From Patescibacteria group bacterium (GTDB lineage Bacteria > Patescibacteriota > UBA1384 > CAJBMM01), in contig JBAZWC010000001.1 in NCBI GenBank assembly GCA_041660565.1, positions 174,481-238,480 on the forward strand: a stretch of DNA of 64,000 nucleotides, given 5' to 3'. The notes under the pieces are model-generated. The model worked only from the letters and a program-made list of their open reading frames with translations, was not told the DNA's origin and did not search any database. The position numbers and the translations under genes are program-made. The number at the start of each line of letters is the position of its first letter. Position 1 is the stretch's first letter. Shown here piece by piece: positions 19,916 through 30,174 of this stretch.

Positions 19916-20365
19916 CTAAGACAAGAGCTGGTTAACAATAGCGCTAACCATTCCCCCATCCGCTTTTCCTTTTAATTGTGGCATCACCGCGCCCATCACT
20001 TTTGACATATCTTGTTTGCCCACCGCGCCGGTTGATGCAATGGCTTTGGCGACAATTGCCTTTACTTCGTCTTCAGACATTTGGGCAGGCAAAAATTGCA
20101 TCAAAAAATCAATTTCCTTTTGCTCTTTTTCGGCCAATTCCGGGCGATTGCCTTGGTGATACATCTCAATAGATTGTTTGCGTTTTTTAACTTCGGTTTG
20201 TACCACTGCAATCTCGGCAGCAGCATCTAACTGATGGTTTGTCCCCACTAGCGACGCGTTCATTAGTGCACTTTTAAGCATGCGTAAAGTATTCAACTCA
20301 AAAGCATTCTGAGACTTCATAGCTTCAGTTAATTTTGTATTAATTTGATCGGTTAGAGTGGCCAT
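19916..20365 (-). CDS. GatB/YqeY domain protein
   Basis: YqeY-like helical protein. Start moved to the internal ATG (MATLTDQ) to avoid an 83-nt overlap with rpsU. Confidence 0.55.
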   Translation of the reverse strand: MATLTDQINTKLTEAMKSQNAFELNTLRMLKSALMNASLVGTNHQLDAAAEIAVVQTEVKKRKQSIEMYHQGNRPELAEKEQKEIDFLMQFLPAQMSEDEVKAIVAKAIASTGAVGKQDMSKVMGAVMPQLKGKADGGMVSAIVNQLLS

Positions 20366-20366
20366 T

Positions 20367-20561
20367 TTAGTATCCTCTCTTGATCGCTTTGCGTTCCGCC
20401 TTGCGGATAGCCGACATACGGCGTTGACCGCGGCTAGGCTCTTCGGCAAAGTAACGTTTCTTTTTTACGATCGATAAAAGACCGCTTTGCTGGATATCGC
20501 GATTAAAGCGGCGTAGGAGCACATCAAATCTTTCGTGTTCTTTTTTACGAACTTCGGTCAT
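20367..20561 (-). CDS. rpsU: 30S ribosomal protein S21
   Basis: 64 aa, basic, MTEVRKKEHERFDVLLRRF resembles the S21 N-terminus. Confidence 0.8.
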   Translation of the reverse strand: MTEVRKKEHERFDVLLRRFNRDIQQSGLLSIVKKKRYFAEEPSRGQRRMSAIRKAERKAIKRGY

Positions 20562-20783
20562 GAATTAAAATTCACCTCACCTTCGAATTTATAATGTAAT
20601 AATAACAGATCCGCAGGACTATGTCCAGCGTATCAGATGATGGAGAATTGAGGATGGATGATGGATTATTTTCTTGTTCGAGGAGTGAAACGACGAGAAC
20701 TATCTTTGTTTCCATCCTCTATCCTCCACCCTCCGATATAAAAATGAGGCGCCCCGCGATTACTCGCGAGACGCCCAGTGCGA

Positions 20784-21176
20784 TCAGGTACGCCTTGCCC
20801 ACGCGACCATGCAGTCGCAGGTGCAGAAGTTGGCGATAGGTCGGACTCGAGTGTCGTCAGGGTAGTACGCGACAACGGAAACGTGTGCAGCGGTAAAACT
20901 GATACGACCATCGCACTCAAGACACTTGACGAATCCGTTGGGGTAGCCATTGGGGTGTGGGTTTTCGTAAATCCCAAACCACACCGTCTGTGCAATGGTT
21001 GTTGTGTCACCCGGTCTTACGAGAAGATACCCGCGTATTGAATCGAGTGTCGTCAAGGTTCCTTTGGCTTCACCGGTAACGAGCCGTCGGAGCCTAGTGA
21101 GGCAGAATTCCTTCTCAGCCGGGCCCAACTCGCTGTCTGGGATGGCCGTGGGTCGGACACGATCTCTTCGCTTCAC
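20784..21176 (-). CDS. GC-rich hypothetical Cys-rich protein (about 130 aa)
   Basis: GTG start at 21176 preceded by aaagaggtga SD. CLECDGR and FCTCDC cysteine pairs. Third gene of a three-gene GC-rich operon. Confidence 0.5.
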   Translation of the reverse strand: MKRRDRVRPTAIPDSELGPAEKEFCLTRLRRLVTGEAKGTLTTLDSIRGYLLVRPGDTTTIAQTVWFGIYENPHPNGYPNGFVKCLECDGRISFTAAHVSVVAYYPDDTRVRPIANFCTCDCMVAWARRT

Positions 21177-21231
21177 AGTTGCTTCACCTCTTTTCGTTGA
21201 TGGTTGCCGCGAGCTCGCGAAACGCCCGTTG

Positions 21232-21624
21232 TCACAAACTCTCCTCGAGCATGTCTGGGATGGTGGCGGCAATCATCCTGTCCGCATCACGTTCCAGGTC
21301 ACTCAGCTCATCCAGAATATACTCTACCACCTGATGTGACAGAGACGCGTTCCGCGGATGGTCGTTTGCATATCTGGTGAGTAACCCTATCCTGGTCGCA
21401 AGTGACTGTGCGGCCAATAGCAGAGCCGCCACATCTGCAGCGCATCGATTGAACCGGCGCGGATGGGCTTGCCTTGACTCCCTGAGGCTGGTAGATAGGA
21501 ACTCAGGCAGAGTAACCTGGCACTGAGTTGCACTCCCATCTATGGCCATCCACGATCTGACCACAAGCTGTCCCGTGGTTTCGTCGTAACCGAATCCGTA
21601 TGACGATCGTACGTTTTCTGGCAC
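21232..21624 (-). CDS. GC-rich hypothetical protein (130 aa)
   Basis: GTG start preceded by aagagga SD. Middle gene of the operon. Confidence 0.5.
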   Translation of the reverse strand: MPENVRSSYGFGYDETTGQLVVRSWMAIDGSATQCQVTLPEFLSTSLRESRQAHPRRFNRCAADVAALLLAAQSLATRIGLLTRYANDHPRNASLSHQVVEYILDELSDLERDADRMIAATIPDMLEESL

Positions 21625-21660
21625 CTGTTTCCTCTTTCTACTGGGTGCTAATATGCTTCC

Positions 21661-21969
21661 CTAGCTCCCACTCCCCCTCATTCTCATATTCAGGTATTCT
21701 TGCCCTTCAACTCGAGTCATGAGAATGTGGCGGACGTAGCTGGAGAACGACGGCGTCAAGGCGCCCGCATCCAACGCCTCTTCTGATGGCCAGAAAGCGA
21801 ACTGGAAACCAGTAAACCTATCCCAAAGCTCATCGCCTCTGGCAGGTTCGGCAGTTAGAAACACTGCCACATCTTCGATTCCGAGCTCGTCGATGGTTTT
21901 GGCCAATTCTGTGGCGAGCAGCGTGTTTCCTTCCGACACCGCGGTCACATCAATCTGAGATACTGGCAC
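21661..21969 (-). CDS. GC-rich hypothetical acidic protein (102 aa)
   Basis: GTG start preceded by agaggtga SD. First gene of the operon. Confidence 0.5.
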   Translation of the reverse strand: MPVSQIDVTAVSEGNTLLATELAKTIDELGIEDVAVFLTAEPARGDELWDRFTGFQFAFWPSEEALDAGALTPSFSSYVRHILMTRVEGQEYLNMRMRGSGS

Positions 21970-22059
21970 TTAACTCACCTCTTTTCCGCCACGGAATGTT
22001 AGTCGTAGCTTTCAATCCACCTAAATGAACTAAAAGCCACGACCAAAAAATGTTAAGAT

Positions 22060-22102
22060 ACGAAAACGATAGTATTATATCATACTATCGTTTCGTGGTC
22101 AA
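22060..22102 (-). promoter_or_regulatory. Promoter (TTGACC-17-TATAAT with TGn) overlapped by a 15-bp-arm palindromic operator
   Basis: acgaaaacgatagta-ttatatca-tactatcgtttcgt (arms match except a 1-nt indel) centred on the -10. Plus-strand ggtcaa at 22097-22102 is the -35. Confidence 0.5.
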
Positions 22103-22112
22103 GGTATTTTCA

Positions 22113-22143
22113 TATAGATTCTTAGGTCTTGCCTGGAATGACA
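22113..22143. repeat. Degenerate solo terminal repeat of the GIY-YIG element family
   Basis: tatagattcttaggtcttgcctggaatgaca versus tatagattccgggtcaagcccggaatgaca. Confidence 0.35.
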
Positions 22144-22151
22144 AGGGAGGT

Positions 22152-22538
22152 TCATCCAAACTGGCTAATTGGGTTTGGTTTGGCCGAGGTCATTGGCCCT
22201 AACTCTGTTCCAGCCAATAAATGCAAATGTAGATGTTCCACTTTTTGTCCCCCATTGTGACCGTTATTGATCACAATTCGATATCCTTCTTCATCTAAAT
22301 TGCTACGGTGGGCAATTTCTTTAGCGGTAATTACTAATTTGCCCAGTATCTCTTGATCTGTTGATTGCACCTGGTCAATAGAACCGATATGTTTTTTTGG
22401 TACTACCAATAGATGAAATGGTGCGGCGGGCTCGATATCCGTAAAGGCAATAATAGCTGTGTCTTGATATTCAATTTGGGCAGGATTCTTCCCGCTAATG
22501 ATATTACAAAAAACACAGTTTTCAGTTTGATCAGGCAT
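22152..22538 (-). CDS. HIT-family (histidine triad) hydrolase
   Basis: HLHLHLL histidine triad. Confidence 0.8.
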   Translation of the reverse strand: MPDQTENCVFCNIISGKNPAQIEYQDTAIIAFTDIEPAAPFHLLVVPKKHIGSIDQVQSTDQEILGKLVITAKEIAHRSNLDEEGYRIVINNGHNGGQKVEHLHLHLLAGTELGPMTSAKPNPISQFG

Positions 22539-22607
22539 ATTTACTCCTTGTAAATTGATTATATCAACAAATCATAAAAGCACTAAATTTTCATTTTCCT
22601 AATGGTC

Positions 22608-22635
22608 AAATTGGTCCAACCGGAATAATTGGTAG
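22608..22635 (-). promoter_or_regulatory. CCAAT array upstream of the HIT gene promoter
   Basis: Minus strand reads CCAATtattccggttggaCCAATttg (18-bp spacing, twice the 9-bp period). Confidence 0.35.
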
Positions 22636-22716
22636 CTTGACATATATCTGAGTCGAGGCTATGATACTTACTGTCTCTAGAAAAAGAGATTTTTTTAGAG
22701 CAGGAAGAGAGCGGTC

Positions 22717-23439
22717 ATGCACTTTTGCCCCCTAAGGAGGGGCTCGCTGGCGAAGTATCGCCTTCATTTTCAAAAATTATATAATTATGAATTATTTAGG
22801 CTCAAATCTACCACAAAGGTAATGGGTCTGGTTTTGGTATTGGTCACGTTGCCCTACTCTGGCGTATTAGCAAATGGCTCCATCATTAAACCGTCAACAC
22901 CGGAATTAGTAATAACCAAATCGCCTACCGTATTGCAAATTGTGCCAGCGAAGCCACTAATTATGCCTGGGTTGAGTTTGTATCAGCAAAATCTGAACAA
23001 CGAAAAATCAAATATGGCTAATGTGTGGAAGCAATATGATGAAAAATCAGGATTAGATATTGAATCGCTTAATTACGATCAGATGTTTGGCCGGATCAGC
23101 AATTATTTAGACCATCAGGGTTCGCCGATGTCATCAATTGAAGATTTGCTGCAAATTGCATCAAAATATCAGATCGATCCGCGCTTAATAATTGGCGTAG
23201 CAGGTGCCGAGTCAACGTATGGAATACATATGCCAAGTGGTTCGCATAATCCGTTTGGGCTTGGCCCGACAAATCGCTACCTTACTTGGTCGGATGGATA
23301 TATGGCCGAAGCTCAGTTTTTGTATGATCATTTCATACAGTTTGGTGTGTTTTCGCCTTTTCAGATTGGCCCAAGCTATACCGGCACCGGTAGTCAAACT
23401 TGGGGTCAGTCTGTTTATTCCGTGATGATAAATATATAG
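22717..23439 (+). CDS. Secreted protein with glucosaminidase-like (peptidoglycan hydrolase) C-terminal region
   Basis: IIGVAGAESTYGIHMPSGSHNPFGLG resembles the glucosaminidase domain. Internal signal-peptide-like MGLVLVLVTL. Start ambiguous. Confidence 0.4.
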   Translation: MHFCPLRRGSLAKYRLHFQKLYNYELFRLKSTTKVMGLVLVLVTLPYSGVLANGSIIKPSTPELVITKSPTVLQIVPAKPLIMPGLSLYQQNLNNEKSNMANVWKQYDEKSGLDIESLNYDQMFGRISNYLDHQGSPMSSIEDLLQIASKYQIDPRLIIGVAGAESTYGIHMPSGSHNPFGLGPTNRYLTWSDGYMAEAQFLYDHFIQFGVFSPFQIGPSYTGTGSQTWGQSVYSVMINI

Positions 23440-23495
23440 GAACGCACCCGAGATGAATCTTCCGGGTGCGGTTAGCGTGTTGTTCTTCTGAACAG

Positions 23496-24146
23496 CTATT
23501 GATCTTGGGCAAGTTCTTCCACCATTCCGACATCGAATGTCGGGTTGGTATCCGCGTTGAACCAGACATAGAATCCGTAGCGGTCGAACCCTCCAACCGC
23601 AACGTGCTTATCCTTGGAAACCCCATGCCAACCCCAGTGATACCACTCGCCGAGTAGCCGCTCGTCATTGTGCACAATGCAGTTGGCGAAACAAACTGCT
23701 GTGACAACAGCTTCGTTTGCTCGCACAACACCCTTGGCGCAACGTTCAGGTTGATCTCCCCACCTATTCCTGGTGTGATTCCGGGCAAAGTTGAGCAAGT
23801 GATATCGCGGACTTCGCGATGAACATGCCCATTCATTCCCCGGCTTCAGCCACCATCTGTTTCGGTAGAAGTGTGGCTCTCGCTTTGCCCCATTAGTTCC
23901 GAAGAGCTGTCGCATGGCTGCAAGGGAAATGCCTGGATCGAACATCAACCGCCAATCCGCTTCGTTCTGCTGGTTTTGTCCGGCGCATTGCCGCAGTGTG
24001 TCAGCAGAGAAAAGAAGAAGGTCGATAGAACGCCCGAAATCCTCCTCCCCTAAAGCTTGCCGTGCTTGTTGCGCGGTTACAACCATTTCGCCACTAAGGA
24101 TCTCGATGGCCTCGTCGATATCAGTAACGTGAGTCATTCGCGTCAC
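23496..24146 (-). CDS. GC-rich hypothetical protein (216 aa), paralog of the 45943-46608 product
   Basis: aggggg SD. Shares ADTLRQC..DWRLM and NRWW..YHLLNF blocks with the other cassette protein. Confidence 0.5.
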   Translation of the reverse strand: MTRMTHVTDIDEAIEILSGEMVVTAQQARQALGEEDFGRSIDLLLFSADTLRQCAGQNQQNEADWRLMFDPGISLAAMRQLFGTNGAKREPHFYRNRWWLKPGNEWACSSRSPRYHLLNFARNHTRNRWGDQPERCAKGVVRANEAVVTAVCFANCIVHNDERLLGEWYHWGWHGVSKDKHVAVGGFDRYGFYVWFNADTNPTFDVGMVEELAQDQ

Positions 24147-24286
24147 CCCCCTGTCGTTGATCTGGCGAGTATTTTGTTTGGTGCTGAGGATATTGTAGCA
24201 GAATTTACATAAATAGATACTATCCTATCCGACTTTTAACTAATAACCCCATCAGATGAAATATCAGAAAAATCCTTCAATTTGGG

Positions 24287-24315
24287 TTGACAAATTCGAA
24301 AATATATGCTACAAT
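24287..24315 (+). promoter_or_regulatory. Sigma70 consensus promoter TTGACA-17-TACAAT for the SLT gene
   Basis: ttgacaaattcgaaaatatatgctacaat. The 17-nt block aaaatatatgctacaat is repeated at 48166-48182. Confidence 0.5.
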
Positions 24316-24359
24316 GGTGTGTTCTCGATGTGAGAGCATTTTTTTGTATCTTTTAGGCA

Positions 24360-24387
24360 TAGATTCCGGGTCGAGCCCGGAATGACA
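24360..24387. repeat. Solo terminal repeat of the GIY-YIG element family
   Basis: tagattccgggtcgagcccggaatgaca. Confidence 0.5.
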
Positions 24388-24427
24388 AAGAAATGTACAT
24401 TGTAGAACAGAAAGCGAGTTTAACCAA

Positions 24428-26412
<1,985 letters not shown>

Positions 26413-26431
26413 TTACACGTGTTTGATTCGA

Positions 26432-26448
26432 AATTGGTTAAATTGGAT
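26432..26448 (-). promoter_or_regulatory. CCAAT pair (9-bp spacing) upstream of eno
   Basis: Minus strand reads CCAATttaaCCAATttcg. Confidence 0.3.
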
Positions 26449-26452
26449 TGAT

Positions 26453-27538
26453 CTATCCGCTCGTTACGGTACTGCCGGGGTTTACCACTTCAATCCAAGT
26501 TTCGCCGGCGTAAAGTGTGATTAATTTACCATCAGCACCAAAAAATTGGGTGCGGTCGTATTTGCTACTTTTCGACCATGTGCCGTCAATTTTTACCCCA
26601 CCTTGATAGATTGTAGCGCTTCCCGAACCAACCGTGGGCATGGACCAGCCATTTTCGTTGATGGCCGTAGCCACAGAGCTTCGAGAAATATTTTGAATGA
26701 TCACGTTTTTGGCCGAAATTTGGCGGTTGTTGTTGGCGTCAACGTCCGGAGCTGCTGCAAGGTTGCGTAAGTAGGTGTTGTCGGTTTTATTATAATCCCA
26801 TCGTACGTCATATTGCGGGAAAGAAAAATTAATTTTAATAAACGTGGTAGCGGTAACCGGTGGCGATGGCGCCGCGCTAAAAAATGAATAGATGTCGTAT
26901 GTTTCTCTTAGTGGTGTAAACCATGTTTTTAAACTAGCCAGTTTGTAAAGTTTGTCGGTTGATGAATACATTGTGTGCTCCGTGGCCTCACTACCTCGCC
27001 GTGCACGATAGTACGATCCGGAATTCGCAAACTGATCCAGATCTTTAACTTTGTCGGCAGGGATTTTTTCTTTTAACGCGTCGTAGTTTCCGCCAACGTG
27101 AGCGTAATAACAATCATATTCATTACACCAATCAACGTAGTAGGTTCGGGCGCTCCTAATGGGGCCAACTTTTGGCGCGTCATTTGGACCGTATATGGCT
27201 AAATATCGGGTAATTCCGCCCTCTGCGATCGCCTCGTACACGAAACTGGCGGTGCTGAGGCCAAATTGAGGGCGCGCCTCTGTGTGGTTTTCAATCATCA
27301 CTCCCAGCGGATGCCGATCCGAAAGCTCTTGGGTAACCATTGTGCCATCTAATTTTGAAGCGGTTAATGGAACCGGGGTTGGTGTGGCGGTGATCTTGGG
27401 TCTGAATAAATAAAATGTTTTGTTTGACGATTTTAAGAGATTGGTATGATTGACCATATATAAATATAACGTGCCAACCGATAAAACAATAATGATCGTT
27501 ATTATAATAGCGATAAACGGGCTACGCTTAAGTTGCAT
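26453..27538 (-). CDS. Secreted/membrane-anchored hypothetical protein
   Basis: N-terminal TM helix IIITIIIVLSVGTLYLYMV, 361 aa. Confidence 0.4.
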   Translation of the reverse strand: MQLKRSPFIAIIITIIIVLSVGTLYLYMVNHTNLLKSSNKTFYLFRPKITATPTPVPLTASKLDGTMVTQELSDRHPLGVMIENHTEARPQFGLSTASFVYEAIAEGGITRYLAIYGPNDAPKVGPIRSARTYYVDWCNEYDCYYAHVGGNYDALKEKIPADKVKDLDQFANSGSYYRARRGSEATEHTMYSSTDKLYKLASLKTWFTPLRETYDIYSFFSAAPSPPVTATTFIKINFSFPQYDVRWDYNKTDNTYLRNLAAAPDVDANNNRQISAKNVIIQNISRSSVATAINENGWSMPTVGSGSATIYQGGVKIDGTWSKSSKYDRTQFFGADGKLITLYAGETWIEVVNPGSTVTSG

Positions 27539-27600
27539 CTTTCCCCTCAGAAAATTGTAAAGTTAATATAATATTTGTGATAACTAGCAAAACTGAGTCC

Positions 27601-27625
27601 TAATTGGATAATTGGACTGATTGGC
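27601..27625 (-). promoter_or_regulatory. CCAAT triple array upstream of the 26453-27538 gene
   Basis: Minus strand reads CCAATcagtCCAATtatCCAATtagg. Confidence 0.35.
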
Positions 27626-27633
27626 GGAGAGGA

Positions 27634-28488
27634 TTATTTTTTTCCAATAACCACTACTAGTTCGGTGTCAGATGTGGCCATAGTGGCATCTACTTTGGCG
27701 GTGACAGAATAACCGGTTAACGCGGCAGCTAATTCGGTAGCGAGGTCTTTTTCGTTTGCGTTTTTGTAATAAACGTAAGAAGTGGTGTATGAATACGATT
27801 TCGCATTCGCAGTGCTTGAAACGGTGAAACCGGCGGCTGTAATGACCGTGGATGCCTTTGTGGCAGCCCCAGTGACTCCCCCACCGTTAAGCACCTTAAC
27901 TGTAACAGATGCTTTGGTTAACGCAGTGGACGAGGGCGTGGCGGTAGTGGTGGTGCTTGGCGAGATAGACGGGGTTGCTGTTCCCGTTGCGGTTGGAGTT
28001 GCGCTGGTAGTGGTTGAAGGTGAGGCGGTGGTAGTAGTTTGGCTGTTGTTATAAAAAATGACAGCTTGAGAAACTAATAACGCTAAAAGCGAAATCAAGA
28101 TAATTGACAAAAATGCGGTAATCCATTTCTGTTTCTTTGATGATTTTATTACCGGCGGCATAATTGATTGAGCTGGTGGAATTTTTTGTGCCGGAGCCAT
28201 TTCGGCGGTAGCCCGTGGGATAGTTGGTGCCTTGGGCTCATCTTCATCAATTTCAGGTTTAACAGCAACTGATTGGCTGTGTTCCGGTTTGTCTTCCTTG
28301 GGTTCTGCCTTATCGTTTTCAGGTTCAGACGGAGCATCTGTAAACGCTGCGCCGTGTTCAATGGCAACGTTCTCCACTTTTTCTGATTCTGTGTCTATAT
28401 GTTTTTCAGAAGAGTCGACAGTCTTGGCAGTCTTCTCGTCTGCACTATCCGGTTCGTTCTTTTTGTTTAAGTCAAAAAATTTGGCCAT
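27634..28488 (-). CDS. LytR_C-domain membrane protein with Pro/Glu/Lys-rich and Thr/Ser-rich linkers
   Basis: C-terminal VKVLNGGGVTGAATKASTVITAAGFTV matches the LytR C-terminal domain pattern. Confidence 0.4.
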   Translation of the reverse strand: MAKFFDLNKKNEPDSADEKTAKTVDSSEKHIDTESEKVENVAIEHGAAFTDAPSEPENDKAEPKEDKPEHSQSVAVKPEIDEDEPKAPTIPRATAEMAPAQKIPPAQSIMPPVIKSSKKQKWITAFLSIILISLLALLVSQAVIFYNNSQTTTTASPSTTTSATPTATGTATPSISPSTTTTATPSSTALTKASVTVKVLNGGGVTGAATKASTVITAAGFTVSSTANAKSYSYTTSYVYYKNANEKDLATELAAALTGYSVTAKVDATMATSDTELVVVIGKK

Positions 28489-28602
28489 ATTTTAATCCCC
28501 TTCTCTATTTATATTGTCATAGATTATCAGTATTAATGCAAGGGGATAAGATCAGGTATCAAGTTCTGTCATTTTAGATTTGACGTAAGACGTTTTGTCC
28601 TT

Positions 28603-29018
28603 GTCATTCCGGACTTGATCCGGAATCTATATAAAAAAATGTATAATTAATGCTGTATGAGCAAGTATTATTATGTTTATATTCTAGCTAGTTGCAAAAA
28701 TGGTACTTTATATACTGGAGTAACAAACGACCTGATAAAAAGAGTATATGTACATAAAAACAAATACAGCCAAAAAGGCTTTACGACAAAATATGGAATT
28801 TGCCTTCTTGTTTATTATGAAATGACCGAGGATGTGAATAGCGCTATTGCCAGAGAGAAACAAATCAAAAACTGGCATAGATCATGGAAAATCCAACTTA
28901 TTAAAAGTAAAAACCCAGACTGGAAAGATCTGTATGAGGAAATTTGTATATAGTCTGTCCCGAAGTGCGCTCGGGGTTGTTTGTTTTATATAGATTCCGG
29001 ATCAAGTCCGGAATGACA
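28603..29018. mobile_element. GIY-YIG nuclease gene flanked by perfect 32-bp terminal inverted repeats (element copy 1)
   Basis: Left tgtcattccggacttgatccggaatctatata (28603-28634). Right arm (28987-29018) is its exact reverse complement. Each TIR folds as a ccgga-N-tccgg hairpin. Confidence 0.7.
28657..28953 (+). CDS. GIY-YIG nuclease family protein (UPF0213-like)
   Basis: YYVYILASCKNGTLYTGVTNDLIKRVYVHK GIY-YIG motif, 98 aa. Confidence 0.8.
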   Translation: MSKYYYVYILASCKNGTLYTGVTNDLIKRVYVHKNKYSQKGFTTKYGICLLVYYEMTEDVNSAIAREKQIKNWHRSWKIQLIKSKNPDWKDLYEEICI

Positions 29019-29020
29019 GA

Positions 29021-29641
29021 TTAGAATTTCCGGATTACGCCTTTAACTTTTCCTTGCACGGTGACGTTTTTGGTTAGAATTGGTTTCATGGTTTTGTTGG
29101 CTGGCTGCAGGCGGATGTGCGTTTTCTCTTGATAAAATCGTTTAAGCGTAACGTTTTCGCGATCAATTAACGCCACCACAATATCGCCATTTTTAGCCAC
29201 TGTGGTTTGCTCAATAATGACATAATCACCATCAAAAATGCCGTCTTCGATCATTGAATTACCTTTAACTCGTAGTGCGAACACTTTTGGCCCCATCATA
29301 TCGCGTGGGATATCAATAGTCTCATGGGTTCGAACGGCTTGGATGGGTGCACCGGCGGCAATGATGCCCATTAAAGGAGCCGAAAAGCTTTGTTCGTCCC
29401 AAGTTGGGGTTAGCTGTAGTGAGCGTGCTTCGTTGGCTTCGCGGTTTAGATATCCTTTATTAGTTAAACTGTCGATGTGCTCGGCCACGGTGGCAACGCT
29501 AGACAACTTAAAATAATCGGCGATTTCGCGGTAGCTAGGCGCGTAGCCGTTCTCTCCGATGAATTGCTCAATATAGTCCAAGGTTTGTTTTTGTCGTTTG
29601 GTTAATGGATCCATTTGTCCTCCCGATTCTACATCCAGCAT
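29021..29641 (-). CDS. lexA: LexA repressor (S24 peptidase)
   Basis: N-terminal wHTH, KGNSMIEDGIFDGDYVII catalytic Ser/Lys region. Confidence 0.8.
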   Translation of the reverse strand: MLDVESGGQMDPLTKRQKQTLDYIEQFIGENGYAPSYREIADYFKLSSVATVAEHIDSLTNKGYLNREANEARSLQLTPTWDEQSFSAPLMGIIAAGAPIQAVRTHETIDIPRDMMGPKVFALRVKGNSMIEDGIFDGDYVIIEQTTVAKNGDIVVALIDRENVTLKRFYQEKTHIRLQPANKTMKPILTKNVTVQGKVKGVIRKF

Positions 29642-29649
29642 AACCGAAC

Positions 29650-29730
29650 ATAATCCGTAGTGTCAATAGCCGGAAGATAGATGATGGTCTCCGGCTCTAC
29701 GAGCCGATAGACTCAGAGAGAGAATGGAGT
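29650..29730. repeat. Degraded internal fragment of the 157-bp MITE family, reverse orientation, no TIRs
   Basis: Reverse complement ttctctctctgagtctatcggctcgtagagccggagacc resembles the MITE A internal tttctctctccgagccgtaggtctacgagccggaggcc. Confidence 0.35.
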
Positions 29731-29739
29731 ACAATTTGA

Positions 29740-30171
29740 CTATTCTTTTTGAATCCCTTGTTCGTGATCAACGTTTTCAAAATCACTCAATTTTACTAAT
29801 TGTTCGCTGGATAAAAGCGCCTCAACCTGATCTCGGATAACGACTAGTTGGTTCTCTAAGTCAGAAAAATATTCTAATCTAGTTTTCATTTCAAACAGAT
29901 GCGCACCTAATGATGATAGTTCATCTTTCAATGCTGTCGTATAGGCAGATTCCCCGTGATCAATTTGAGGGTTATCACTGCCTGGTGCTTGCAATTCGGC
30001 CTCGATTGCTTTAATTTTCTCGACAATTTCTTGGCTTACAAGCTTTACCGATGGTGCTTGCATTTTCCAGAGTTCAACCTGTTGGTTTATTGATTGCCAT
30101 TTTGCGTTAAGATCGGTCCATAGCTCGGAAACCGGGGCATCTTCGTGATGCATTAGTTCTTGTTCGCTCAT
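29740..30171 (-). CDS. Hypothetical coiled-coil protein
   Basis: ORF only, Glu/Leu/Gln-rich heptad-like sequence. Confidence 0.35.
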   Translation of the reverse strand: MSEQELMHHEDAPVSELWTDLNAKWQSINQQVELWKMQAPSVKLVSQEIVEKIKAIEAELQAPGSDNPQIDHGESAYTTALKDELSSLGAHLFEMKTRLEYFSDLENQLVVIRDQVEALLSSEQLVKLSDFENVDHEQGIQKE

Positions 30172-30174
30172 CTA

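Noticed and set aside
29642-29665. Possible LexA/SOS box upstream of lexA (accGAACATAATCCg)
   Set aside because: Only one GAAC half-site matches the GAAC-N4-GTTC Cheo-box consensus. The other half is TCCG, which is too weak to call.
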